From assembly GCF_009914755.1 (NCBI RefSeq), contig NC_060937.1: a stretch of DNA of 64,000 bases; one strand, written 5' to 3'. Positions 13,827 to 29,600 of the stretch are shown here, piece after piece; the first letter of the stretch is position 1, and each line of letters opens with the position of its first letter. This DNA comes from the human T2T-CHM13v2.0 reference genome, Homo sapiens. The position numbers and the translations under genes were made by a program. The notes below the pieces were generated by a model. It searched no databases. It saw only the letters and a program-made list of their open reading frames with translations, and had not been told where the DNA came from.

Positions 13827-14789
13827 ATTAAGCCACGCTTGGATAGTGTATAAGAACTAAGGTCATACCAGAGGAGCTATGATCAAATGATGTCACTACT
13901 GCTATCTTGGCACTCTGGCAGCTGAAATTGTCACAGACATAAATTGCAAATTATCCAACTTTATGTGCTTCTATCACTTAACCTAGATTTAAAATGTTGG
14001 ACAAAAATCCAAATTAAAATAATTAAATACAGACATTTTGATTCCCAGATTAGTATATGAGGAAAACAGAGGTAACTCTACAAAAGAAAGAATGGAGGGA
14101 GTGGCACATCCTAACAAATTAGAAGACAGAGGGGTGCAAACCAACAGCCTCATTCAATAGCTTATTTCTCACAAGGTTAAAGTTTTCTTAAGTTTTAACA
14201 TATCACAATGAGCAACTTTAATAAAATTACTTTTTAAAAAGAACATTAGTATTCTTTTTAAAAAGTTTAAAAAGAACATTTAGTATTAAATACTAAATTC
14301 ATTATCATTTGACAATCAACAATATAGATAAATGAGTTTATTCCAAACTGAAAAGATTATATTAAGCTAGAAGTATAATTATCTGCATGGCCTGTTTTAC
14401 TAGATTCAATACATTTTTAAAAATTCTCGGGCAATTTGGAGTTGCCTCAGAAGCCTCAAGGGATGGTTTGGGAGACAGAGGGAGCAGAGGTCTGGAGAAT
14501 TCTGTTTTAATTACAGCAGTTTTACAAACATTTGCTACATTGGAGGTCTGCATAAAAGTATTATTTTGAAAGGGTTTTGAGCTCCCAAAATTTGAAAACC
14601 AGTGAATTATGAAATGGCAGCTTCTACCCACACTATAAAGGAACAATTCTGTATATAAATGAATTTGATTGTTTAAAGAAAATGATTTATTTGTTTCACA
14701 AGTGAACTACGTTTTATCAAGTGTTTACTACAAAGCAGATACTTTTCTAGAATTTTCAATAAGCTATTGAATTTAAATAAGTTTTATAG

Positions 14790-15045
14790 AAGGATAGGGA
14801 TGTAGTGTTTGGTAGCACAATTGGGGAAATATAGTTAACAGTAATGTATTTTATATTTCAAAATAGCTAGAAAAGATTTTAAATACCCCATCATAAATAA
14901 ATGATCAACGTTTGAGATAATGAATCTTCCAAATACCCAGATTTGATCATTATACTTTAGAGGCTTGTATCAAAATATCATATGTACCTTATAAATATTT
15001 ACAACTACTATGTGTTCCTAAAAATTAACAATAAAATTAAAAGTT
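14790..15045 (+). mobile_element. L1MA-type 3'UTR fragment
   Basis: tatagttaaca..tatatttcaaaatagctagaa..aaatgat..tacccagatttgatcatta..aaaatatcatatgtacc followed by an A-rich tail. Confidence 0.75.
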
Positions 15046-15364
15046 AAATATCTTCACAGGTTTGCCATTGGATGTAAACAAGAAAAAGTTAAACATATGT
15101 ACAATCATTTCAAAACACATTTAGTTTTATGTACTTAGAATCTCTTGGCATGTTTTGGTGTTGCCAATTAATTTTCACTCAGTCAAACATTCTGGTCTAC
15201 CCTACTCCATATAAGCCTTGTTACAGTTGGGTTGAAACAACAAGAGGTTTAATGGGTTAATGAGACTAATGTAATATCCCTCTACTGTATTTACACAAGT
15301 GGAATCTCTTCATTATATTAATAGAATCCTGTAGCAAGCCTATGCTTTCTTCAAATGTGCACTT

Positions 15365-15605
15365 GCATAGACTGTACAATACCTAAGGTGAACCCTAATG
15401 CAAACGATGAACTTTGGGTGATTATCATATGTCAATGTAGGTTTATCAGTTGCAACATGTGTACCACTCTGTTGCAGAATGTTGATAATGGGGGAGGGTA
15501 TACATGTGTAACAACAGAGAAGAGATAAGAAATCTCTGTGCCTCTCTCTTATTTTTGCTGTGAATCTAAAACTGCTCTAAAAACATCCAGTACTAAAATT
15601 AAAAA
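15365..15605 (+). mobile_element. L1MC-type 3'UTR fragment
   Basis: gtgaaccctaatg..gtaccactctg..gttgataatgggggagg..aaatctctgt..ttttgctgtgaatctaaaactgctctaaaa. Confidence 0.75.
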
Positions 15606-15959
15606 GTGCACTTGAATATACTTGAATGCCACATAGTATCTGAAAATATTGTAAATCTAAAATGCTCCAGCCAAGAGGAAAATAAATTTTTACAGTAATC
15701 CTCTTATTGGCAAAAATTATAACTTCCTCTTAAACAGCTGTTAATCACCCACATTTAATCTCCAGTTTCTAACCACAAAAGGAAACTAGAAGGTATATAT
15801 AGTATAAGGAATATCTTCCTATATATAGAGAGAAAACTTTAAAATATGTATTTGTAGGTGCTTTTCATATAATAAAATTTGCTTTGTCTCTTACTTCTAG
15901 CTTGTTAGAATTGACAGAGCTATTAAATGAATTTGTATCTTTTGACTATTGCCTTTCTT

Positions 15960-16200
15960 CTTTCCTTCATCTTCCACATTGGAGCACACGTATAATGCCT
16001 AGAGATGTAAAAGCCATTTTGCAAGAATGAGAATGAGTGCTACATGCTAAGGAAAGTGGAATGGAAAGTTAAGAACAGTTAAGGTAACTGAGGACATAAT
16101 GGAACTGTCATACTTCCTCTGAATATTCTCCAATACTACGTATGGAACAGAAAAAAAATCCCTATCTGATGTAACCAAATTACTGATTCATTCAACTGAA
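15960..16200 (+). mobile_element. Possible ancient MLT1 LTR fragment
   Basis: Weak MLT1-like motifs (agccattttg..catgctaaggaaagtgga). Confidence 0.3.
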
Positions 16201-17059
16201 AGTAATTCTAATTGATATGACAACTGCAAATATTTATTGATTTATTATGGAAGTTAGTAACTGAGATGACAAAACACATAGGTGAAAGGAGGTATAAGTT
16301 ATACATGTTCTACTTTTTCCTATGTTGCCACACATGACTATAAATGTCCCAAATTAAAAACACGTAGATATTCAATGTTAGATGTATTCATGAAATAATA
16401 TTTTTATTTAATAAAATAATCTATACATTAACAAATATTGATGGGTTTTAATTATATAAATTTTATAAACACATGTATTTTTCCAAGAACAAATAAGAAA
16501 TATCATTAATTCAATGAAACTAAAATATGAAAAATTACTTTTATGTGTTTATTCAGTTCATATTCAACTTAAAGCAACTCACCTGGATTATTGGTCATGA
16601 TTCAGTTTGTTTATTCTTTTTAGAAAAAATATTTTATATAACAAATGTTTGCATGCGGTTTTATACTGATATTTATATAAATATTACCTGATTAATTATG
16701 AAGATTTTCTAATTTAAATTCAAGTGTTACAGAAGAAATGGACCTATACATGGTGCTCAGATGAGATCTGCACAAAACACTCCTAAATTATTATAACATG
16801 GGCACTGTAGGAAGACAGAAACACCAAGCAGTCACATACTTTTGCTGAAGACAGAAGTCAAACAGGATTTGTAGGGCTAAAGTATACAGTCTGTCAGTTC
16901 CTAGATTTTATAGCATAAATTGACAAATAAAAAGAACCCATTTAAAAACCATTTAAATAGCTACACCCTTATAGGTTTTTCCATTTATAAATTATATGTT
17001 CATATAGGAATTGTAGACAAAGATTTTGTTCATATTAATTAATTAGAAGTCATATATGA

Positions 17060-17356
<297 letters not shown>

Positions 17357-17621
17357 TCATCATATGAAACAAGTTCATAAACCACAGTTTAATGCACAGT
17401 TTAAATACTAAACAAGATGTTGGCCACACTTGTCTTTCCGCCCAAAGTGAACTTTGATTTGACACAATTTAGGAGTAGATGTTTTGTTTAATGCCTCTTT
17501 TATAACCACTGAAAAGGAAAATTTTGACATAATATTTCAGATTGTTTCAGGGGCTTATGACTGTATTTTTTCTCTTTATCAGATTGTTTCTCAAATGTAT
17601 TCATAATTTTTTTTGGATTTT

Positions 17622-18891
<1,270 letters not shown>

Positions 18892-19549
18892 TCAAATTTA
18901 GACACATGCAAACACATATACACACTGTATTTATACATATTCTCATTTTTCTTTTTATGTATGAATATCAATTCCTCAACATGATGTTAAGATATTTCCA
19001 ACATTGATATGGTAAATATTGCTCAATGCATTCACAATTCAGTAAAAATGTATATAAATCTTAGAAGCATATTAAATCTTTTGTATTCAGTCTTAATTGA
19101 AGAAGTCACTACAGGAGATAACATTTTTATGTAAAATAAAAATTTGCACAAAATTGTACATAAGAATTAAATTTCAAAAGGAATTTGATAATGCTTATAC
19201 TGTTGTGCTCATTTTTTCCTATTTTAGCATAAATTACCACAAATTTTCTAAGGTAAAAACACAGTCAAAGGGAGATATAGTAGTGAAATAATACTTACAG
19301 TTAATCAAATAGTTGCTAGTATATTAACAAATGTTGATGGATTGATTATATTGACATGTTTCCAAAAATAAGGCACTTATAAAGGTAGCATTCAATGTAC
19401 AGATTAAACAAACTACAGAAAGCATTCAATTTAAACCTACGTGATCTACGTATTATTTTGATTGAATATACTGTGTAAAATGTAAAAAACATGCATACAA
19501 AGAAAAATGAACAAATAATCATGATATGCTAACAGTAATCACAGAGATA

Positions 19550-19713
19550 TAGTAGCAGAGGACACAGTAAAAGATTAAAGTGATGCTGAGTTTTCACTGA
19601 TGTATGTTCTGTCACAGAAAGTTTAGGCCACTAGTAACAGAGTATATAATAAAAGATTAAAGAGATACTGAGTTTTCACTGATGTATTTTCTGTCATAGG
19701 AAGTTTAGCCTAT
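19550..19713. repeat. Two-copy 82-bp tandem duplication
   Basis: Units start at 19550 and 19632; both contain taaaagattaaag(t/a)gat(g/a)ctgagttttcactgatgtat(g/t)ttctgtca. Confidence 0.93.
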
Positions 19714-20224
19714 TGTTTTCCCAACACCTCAAGTGGGAAAATAAATGCCTTCTAGACAAATAGAAAGTTTCTGTAGGCTAAAGTAATTTAGTATCTGTTC
19801 TGGCAGATGACATATGCAATTTTTTATCCTCTCTGAGACCACCTGAAGAGCTGTCCTTGTGTGCCTAAGTGGTTATTAAAATACCTCTTTGTAATTGTTT
19901 ACCTGAAGGCTATAGGAAAAGTGAGATGTCTTCTCAATTCTGGAGAAATTCAATTTAATAAAGTTGATTTTAAGCTCTATTACATCTCAACTCTATTTTC
20001 TCCATGGTTATTTCAGATGGAAGGAAGGGATGTCTCTGTTGGAAAACAGATCTGTGGTGTCAAAAGACAGTATTTGGATTCTTGTCTTCATAACAGTGAA
20101 AATAATTCATGGGTAATCAATAAAGCCATTCTGAAAACTAAAAATAAAAATACAAAGACTCCTTAGGAAGGAAAAATAAAATAAGAATGCACCTGGATTC
20201 TTGGTACTATTTCAACAAAAGTAA

Positions 20225-20560
20225 TTTCTATCTCTTGAACATACTAGACATTTTCCTGACTCTTCTCTGCATGGAGCAGTTTTCAGTTAGAAATTCAAGG
20301 GAAATTTCCTTTACCTCCTTCAGACTTACTCTAATCACATGCTCTCAATAAGCCTGTCTTAGGCCACCCTCCATGCCGGCACTCCTAATCCTTCTCACCC
20401 TGTTCTATTTTTTCTTTTTTCTTTAACATTTATTTTCTTCCTACAAACTGGACATTTTACTTAAACGTTTTATTGCCAGACCCCTTCTTGTAGAATGAAA
20501 GTTGTGCAAGGGCAGGTGCTCAGGCAATATCTGTGGAGATGATGGGTGGATAAATAAATA
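20225..20560 (+). mobile_element. L2 LINE 3' end (degenerate)
   Basis: L2-like motifs (acctccttcag..; tagaatgaaag..agggcagg; aatatctgtgga..taaataaata). Confidence 0.5.
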
Positions 20561-22105
20561 ATTAATAATCTGTAATATTTATTTGCTTTTAATATGTGCC
20601 ATGTCCTTTCAGACACTATAGATATTTTCTCTGTGTTTATACAGAAATCTTCTAATGTGAAATATAGCTATTAAATAAATGCTTAAAAATGTGATCAATA
20701 AACATGAAATATTATGGGAAATTATAGAAGATAATGATATCAAATCCAGGGCTTCAGAGAAGTTCCACTAAGAAATTGAGCTAAAATTTTGTTCTGACAA
20801 ATGAGTAAAAAATTTTCTAAGAAGTATGAGCAAAAAGCTTTTTGTTTGCAAACATTGTTGGAATCACCTTGTTTGTTGACCTAATAACAGTTTTCAGACT
20901 ACACTTAATCTTTGTTATCAGAAATTTGGCCTCATTCTTTCTCATGTGACCCATATCCTCCAAAATAAAAATGGAATCACTTTATTGATTGGCATAGGTA
21001 GCCAAGACACCCTTACAAATGACTGATTATTAAAATATTTATATTTATATGACAAATACTTGTTTTATATACAAGCAAAGGGGAGATGCAATGAGGATTG
21101 TTACATCTCTTACTTTTATACACTAAATTTATCAACAACTACTGATTAAACCAGAGCTAGTAAAACACAGTGTAAACTCTGACTAAAAATATGTCTAACT
21201 TACCAGAAAAGGTTTGGCCCCTTTCCTCATGGTGATGAGGTATAAATATTCCATGGAGCAATAAATAGAGAGGAAGGGGTCCACAAGAAAGATATATTGG
21301 CTATTTGGATTCTCATCAGACAACTTGCCCCTCTGTACATCCTTTTCTTTTTCCTGGCAGAATGAGGTGAAGACTAGAAAAGGGAAAATTGTCTTTGTTG
21401 AAGAGGTAAGAATTATCAAACTTCTTGGGTTGCATGTGAATATAATTGGGAGAAGGTGAAACAGAGATGGTCTGTGAATTCTTATGGGTCAGTTCACAAA
21501 GTCGCTATCTCATCTCAGACAACACCCTCACTCACAGGATAATTTGTTCTTGGCAAATACCATAACAGCCTCTTTAAGAATATCTACAGGATGGATCTGC
21601 TTGTACAGTTGTAAAGCTAAGGCACTGGTAGGAATTGTTTGCTGTGTGCTATGAAAAAAAATCTCATGTAGATGTTAATATTTGATAACATTAAAAGATG
21701 AGAGAACAAGCTGTACAATCCTGGTATTTCTGAGATTTTGGTCAGCTGTAAGCCAAAAGCGTACATACTCATTTTTCTTATTTGTCTAGCACTTTTATGG
21801 CAAGACAAAATAAGTGAGCAGGTTGAGTCTGTGCAAGTTTCCAAAGAATGCACAGAGGAAGGGTGAGACCAGTAACTGGGTGTGTGGAGTATCCTTCCAG
21901 GACACTTACTGAATATTCTTTTGACTATTACAGGGAGGAGATTTTTTATTAATCACCAAGTATTTGATCACTTATTCTCAAGATTTATGTATAACAAAGG
22001 ATACAATTAAATATGAGTGCTACAATTAATGCTATTAGTCTCATAATATTTCAATATATATTGTTCTTTTAGATTTAGGTTTTTACCTCTTTGTACAATG
22101 AATAG

Positions 22106-22412
<307 letters not shown>

Positions 22413-25400
22413 TAGTTGTAGAGATTCTTATATGCATGAAACATATTTATTACCAGGTAGAAATTTTTGTATTCTCCATAAAAACCCTCTATGTTTTATT
22501 TCCTTAAGAATAATGCATATTTGTCATTATGCTCAAGCCAGGTGTTACTGTTACTTAGCTAGTCTATTTTTTTAACTGGTTTACGTCTGACTATAGTCTT
22601 TGTCATTCCCACCAGCTGTACACTCAAACAGCTGTGCCTCCCCCTCTTTCACTCAGAGCAATTTCCAGGGACTTGTATTTAAAGGAGAGTGAAATATTGT
22701 CTCTAATTATAACAGCAATCTGTTCCGCAGCAGTTTTCACACTCTACTTACATTCCCTACTGTGTTTTTCCAATAGTTTTACCCTTTCTTCCATTTCTCT
22801 AATTTTTGCTCTAAACCCATCAAACTGCTGATTAGTTGAATTATTTTTCAAGTTCATTAATTCTAGCACACTTTTGTGAAACCTTTATGGTTGTTTTCAT
22901 TGATATTTAACATCAAATTGGAGTTATTTCTCAACTTGTAATCCATGCAAATATATTCATTCATAAATAAAAAAATTCCCACTCTATCCCTCCCATTGTA
23001 GTTACTATGGATAAAGTAAAAATGAGTGCTGTGATTTTTATTAGGTATAATAATTTAATTCCCTCAATTAGAGTTGCATTACCAACTTAGTTATAATTCT
23101 TATCCAGCCTATATTTGTTAAAAGAAATAAGTCCCTATGTTAGACCCTAATGTAAATATAGTTATAGTCTTCTTTAAATTAGTAAGCAAGAACTTTTCTA
23201 GCTTGTGCATGTGTCTGTGTGTGTATGTATGTATATGCACCTATATATCAGAAGATTTTACACCAACCTCTAACCTCAACAACATGTCTTTGGGTACAAA
23301 TAAACAGACGGTTTTAAGGATGGATTTTTCTTGTCATAGCGCTTGTCTCCTGACAGTTACTCAGTGATGCAAAGCTAAAAAGAGCACTGTGCTCATGGTG
23401 GAAAATAATTCCCAGGACTTGACAGGGAAGAATGTACTCATTCCACGCCCCGGGCAGAAGTCTGCTGAGACAAACAGAAGAAAGATAGTTAGTGAGCAAA
23501 TTCATCAAGACCAATATCATGTATTTCTCCCCCTGGCCTGATGGCTGATTTGCACTCCTCCTGTAAGCAACAAAACTGCAAAACCAGTGCTACAAAACAG
23601 AAGCACCTGTAAGTCCGTGGGAGCACATCTTTGCTCAACAAGAGATCCTGACAACTAACAACTAACAACCATCTGCCTGAGACACAGTTCGAGTTTTTAA
23701 GATGCATCAGTTCCCCTTTCCAGCCTGAAGCCTCATCATCAAACAATGCTTCCAATGCTTGGCATGTTTAATTATAGAATTATAAACTATTAGAGCTTGC
23801 TTCCTTGGCAATTATGTGAGGCAACCCTCAAACTTTCCAGAGGATAATGAGCGTAGGCTAATTTGATGGTATTTCAAGGTCATGCATCTATTTGAAAAAG
23901 AGATCAGAATAAAATCCAGATTTCAAATTCCTGGTCTAGTGTTCTTTTTATGCTGCCTCCCTTAAATAGTTATTTCTTAAACTAAAAATAATCAAGTCAG
24001 AAGAAACCTCTGAATTAACATGCCGTTTTGAAGACTATGATTTTCAAGATAAGCCTTCTTACTCTTATCCCCAAGCAATCAGCCCTTGTTTTAACTTTAC
24101 AACAGATAGTCCATGGTTTTTTTTTTTTTTTTTTTTTGCCAGATCCCCCTGGTGAATGAGTGGAGAAATTGTTGAGTTGGCAGCCCAAGTTTACGAAAAC
24201 AATCTGTAGCACTGGAACAGTGAAGCTAACTGGCACATATGGGCAGTGAAAACATGGCCATGGCCTCATTAGCACCATGTGTTAAAAAATGGAGCTAAGC
24301 AGTCAAGTGTGAAGGTGAAGCAGGCATGGAGAAGGTCTGTGCACCCTAAAATGGACATGATTGGTTTCACTGTGGAGTTTTTCCTGGTTGTAATTAAAGC
24401 CTGATCCTTTCCAGCTGTAGTGGCACAGATTGTTTTAAGATAAATTCAATCTATAATTAAAAATCTCATTAATCATTTCCCAAATTATTTGTTGTAATAT
24501 AAAATGGAGATGGAAATCATTCCTGCTGTGAAAAATGGTAACAATATTAATAATTGTGGCTGTAACAGATGTTAATGGCAAAAGGACCTCTCTGTTACTG
24601 CTCATAGTTTTCCATTTTCACACCTCCATCACTAAGCAAGCAACTGAATATCCAAGTAATCTTTAATCCAATGTGTTTTCTATTTTAAAATACATTCAGC
24701 ATTTTTAAGCATATTCATTGTGATATAAGAATTTTAGTTTTGATTTCAGATTAAGTTTACTAAATAGACTCAAAGTACCTAAGTGTAACTGGGCTAAAAA
24801 TGAGATTATTTAACTATTATGGTCACTGAAAATCCATCTAGATAATTACTCTTAATATTTCTAGCTATCAGACTTGGAGCTTTTCTCTTTCCTAGAACTC
24901 AATCTTCATACCAACTTTATGAGTTTATAGAAATAAAGGAACTTGCCCAAACTAATGGGAATAATCAACAGAACTCTAAATAGGTGACCATTTTAGTTGT
25001 GGTTCTATGGTAAAGAACTTCACAATATTGTGTGTGACTAAATGTTGGTTTCCCTGGGAGATATCCAGGTTATATTTATTGTCCCCAAGACCTTTATGGT
25101 GCATTTAGCAGTTGTTCCTGATTTTTTGTTGTTTAAAATCATTATCAATAGTTGCATTAATTTAGGATGGGTTTGGCATATCTCTAATTTTTATTTTCAT
25201 CTTCTGGTATTCTCTCTATTGTATTGTGTGAGACACTCATGGGTAGAGAATTGAATTCTAATACATTTCAGTCTGAAAGACAACCAAAAACCCAGTTCTA
25301 ATTTCTGGACCTTTTCCAGAAGCAAAAGACCCAACATATTTAAGGACAGCATGCTAACTAATAAAATGAGGTGCACTCTTCTATGTGGCTATCCGTGCTG

Positions 25401-26647
25401 ACCACTTGAAAATAACTAGTGTGCCATGACCCTTGCTGAAGCTTAGAAGATACCAAAAGCTACCAGGGTTAATGAGAAATTCTGTCAATTTTTATTGGCT
25501 ATATTTTAAATATATGTATTATACAAAGACAGAGTAATCCTGCAGTAGAACACTTAGTAGTCCAGATGTTTTGTTATAATGATTTTTTTTGTCATTTGTG
25601 GTTCAAAACTACAATTCTATATTTGTTATATGGTCATGCTTTTGTCTTTGTTGTTCTGTATTATTTAAAAAAAAAGCAGCAATAAGCCCAAACAAGTACA
25701 TGTGCAATGGAAAAATAAGTTCTGAGTTTCTATTATTTAGGATAGTTGATATCGAAAATGTAATCTCACAAAATGTTCATGCACATTTACCACCCACATT
25801 GGTGACACAATGAAGCACAAGGGAACTCTGCGACTTGAATTTGTTGAACAATCAGTATAAAGCTAGTTGACATGTGAAAAAATGTGCACCCAAATATAAT
25901 AATTTAGCAAGAGTAACTGCTGAAAGTGTGTTTACACACCTCCCTATGAAAACCAAATTTGCATTCAAAGATTTCTTTCCAAAAATTTTTTCACTATATT
26001 CATCTGCAAGTTTTCTTATGCACTATGAAAAATGAAATAACCATCAATATGTGGCTATGCTAATGGAACTTCATAGATAATAAAGTGATCCCAGTATATA
26101 TCAATGCCATCAGATAACTTCAAATACAAAGTCTGTTGATTCCTGATACAGGTTAATTTTTAAAATCCAATTTGTGAAATCAAAGTGAAGTCATTAAAAA
26201 TTCATTCTGTCAAAGGTTAAACATCAGACATTACTCTGAATGCTACTGTAAGGTTATTATTAGCTGACATATTTTACCAATTGAAATAGAACTTGTAGTT
26301 ATCTGAGTTTACTCATACATATACATACAGACAGAATGTAATTAAAATACAAAATTTTAGTTATGTAGCTCTTGTACAAAACAAAACAAAATTCTGCATA
26401 TTATGTTCTTTTGCACTCTGATGCCTCTTATCAGTTATATTTTAGAAATGTCTGCCCTTGGAAAAACTATTTTATAAATCAACCTAAAGAACCATGTGTG
26501 GTATTTAACATTACGTAAGGCAACACCTATATTTCAGTTGAAATTTATTCAAAGTTGAAAATTTTATTCAAAATATTCACTGAATAGGAAGCTAAAATTT
26601 AATCCTTAGTAGCTTTTAGTATGTGTAGTTATTTAAAACAAGACTTA

Positions 26648-29600
26648 GAGCTTCCTGTTTTCCCAGGAAGCACCCAGATGGCAGCGTGGGTCTCCCCACC
26701 CATCCCACCACTGGTAGCCAGGCAAGCCACACCTGCTGGAGTTTCTAACCCAGTGGTACTACTTCTGCCTACATTTGCCAAGGGGTGAAACCTCCTGTTT
26801 CCCTAAAAATACCCAGATGGTGTGGGGGCAACTCCAGCCATCCCACCTCTTGTACCCAAATGGGCCATACCTGCCATGGCTTCTACGTCAGTAGTCCTGC
26901 TTCAACCTGAACTGTGCAGGCAGGCACAGAGCTGGTTTCCCTATGAAACACACAGACAGCAGATTGGGGCTGATCTGGCAAGGATGCCATTTATATGCCA
27001 ACTGCAGCCACTACCTGAGGGAGCCTCATTGTCTGGAATACCCTACAATAGAAACACAAGCATGGAGACAGTAATCAGAGGGGATTTCTCTAAGACCCAG
27101 GAGCAGACTAGAATAGAAGTCAGTGAACCACACCCACCTTATACCATAATCAAATTCCCAAGGGCATGAAGAAAGAAAAAAGAATAATATTTCCAAAGGA
27201 CAGCAACTTCAAAGATTGAAGGAACAGCAGCCCACACAAATGAGAAAGAACCAGTGAAAGAACTCTGACAACTCAAAAAGCCAGAGTATCTCCTTACCTC
27301 CAAATAATTGCATGATTTCACCAGAAATGTTTCTTACCCAGGCTGAAATGGCTGATATGACAGAAATAGAATGCAGAATGTAGATAGGAATGAAGATCAT
27401 TGAGATGCAAGAGATAATCAGACCCTCTCCATGTTATGTTAGGATTAAAATTTAAAAATACAGAAGCTGATAGACAAAATGGCCATTATAAGAAAGAAGC
27501 AAAATGACCAGGCAGAGCTGAAAAACAAACTAGAAGAGTATCATAATCCAATTGCAAGTATTGACAGTAGAATTGACCAAGCTGAGGAAAGAATTTCAGA
27601 ACTTGAAGAGTAGCTGTGTGAAATAACTTTGTCAGGAAAAAAAATTTTTAAATCAATAAAGAAGAATGAACAAAACCCCTGAGAAATATGTACTCATGGA
27701 AATCTATAACTCATTGGTGTCCCTGAAAGAGAAGGAGAAAAACCAAGCACCTTGGAAAATATATTTCAAGATATTAGCCATGAAAATGTCCCCGACTTGG
27801 GTAGAGGGGCCAACATTCAAATTCAGGAAATGCTGAGAAACCTTGTCAGATACTACACAAGAAGACTACCCTCAAGACACATAATAATCAAATTCTTAAT
27901 GTTGAAATGAAAGAAAAAAAATGTTAAAGGCAACTAGAGAGAAGAGGCAGGTCACTTACAAACAAAACCCCATCAGGCTAACAGCAGACCAATGGCAGAA
28001 ACTGCAATCCGGAAGAGACTGGGGTCCTATATTCAGAATTCCTAAGGGAAAGAATTTTCAACCAAGAATTTCATATCCAGCCAAACTAAGCTTCATAAGC
28101 AAAGGAGAAATCAGATTCTTCTCAGACAAACAAATGCTAAGGAGGATTGTTAACACCAGACCTGCCTTACAAGCAGTCCTAAAAGGAGTGCTAAATATGG
28201 AAAGTAAAGGCCATTACTGGCCACTACAAAAACACAATAACATAGGACAATGACAGTATAAAGCAGCCACACAAACAAGTCTGCATAATAACCAGTTAAC
28301 AAAGTGATGACAGGATCAAATCCAGACATATCAATAGTAATTTTGAATATAAATGGGCTAAACTCCCCAAATAAAGGTCACAGAGTGGCAAGTTGAATAA
28401 AGAAGCAAAACCCAATGGTATGTATGCTGTATTCAAGAGACCCATCTCACATGCAATGACACCCAAAGGCTCAAAGTAAAGGGAAGGAGAAAAATCTGCC
28501 AAGTAAATGGAAATTATAAAAAGGCAGGGGTGGCTATTCTAATTTCAGACAAAACAGACTTTAAATAAAACAAAACCAAAAGATCAAAAAAGACAAAGTG
28601 GAGCATCACATAATGTCACATAATAGCAAAGAGTTATTTTAAACAAGAGGACCTAATTGTCCTAACTACATGTGCACCCAACACGAGCACCCAGATTTAT
28701 AAAGCAAGCTCTTAGATACCGACAAGGGGACTTATATAACCACCCAATGATAGTGGGAGACTTTAACACCACACTGAGAGAAATAGACTGATCATCGAGG
28801 CAGAAAACTAAACAAAGATACTCAGGAACTGAACTGAATAGTTGAACAAATGGACCTAATAAACATCTATAGAACTTTCTACCCTAAAACAACAGAATAT
28901 ACAGTCTTCTTATCTGCATATGGCACATACTATAAAATCAACCACACAATCAGGCATAAAACAATCTTCAGCAAATTAAAAAAAAAATAACAGAAATCAG
29001 ACCAACCTTGCTCAGACCACAGTGCAATAAAAAATCAATACTAAGAAAATTACTCAAAGCCATACGATTACATGGAAATTAAACAATCTCTTCCTGAATG
29101 AGCTCTGGGCAAATAATGAAACTAAGACAGAGATCAAGAAATTCTTTGAACCTAATGAGAACAAAGATACAATGTAACAGAATCTCTAGGACACATTCAG
29201 ATCCGTGTAAAGAGGAAAGTTTATAGCACTAAATACCCATATCAAAAAGTTAGAAAGCTCTCAAATTAACAAGCTGACATCACAATTCTAAGAACTAGAG
29301 AAACAAGAGCAAACCAAGTCCAAGGCTAGCAGAAGTTAAGAAATAACCAAAATCAGAGGTAAACCAAAGAAAATTGAGACATGAAACAAACCTACAAAAG
29401 ATCAATTAATCCAGGAGCTGGTTATTTGAAAGAATGAATAAGATAGATAAAGTATTTGGTAGACTAATAAAAAAAATAGAGAATATCTAAATAAACACAA
29501 TCAGAAATGAGAAAGCAGACGTTACCACTGACCCTGTAGAAATACATAAATCTTCACAGACTACTAGGAAAATCTCTATGCATACAAGCTATAGAAAACC

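Noticed and set aside
15365-15605. L1MC fragment as the continuation of the L1MC cut at 7850
   Set aside because: It overlaps the same consensus interval as ~7755-7850 and differs substantially from it, so an independent copy is more likely.
19550-19713. 82-bp units as a CRISPR repeat or C/D-box snoRNA pair
   Set aside because: There are only two abutting copies, no spacers and a eukaryotic context. There is no proper RTGATGA...CTGA with a terminal stem.
24116-24137. Poly-T run as the tail of a processed pseudogene
   Set aside because: No polyadenylation signal on the minus strand, no TSD and no recognisable body.
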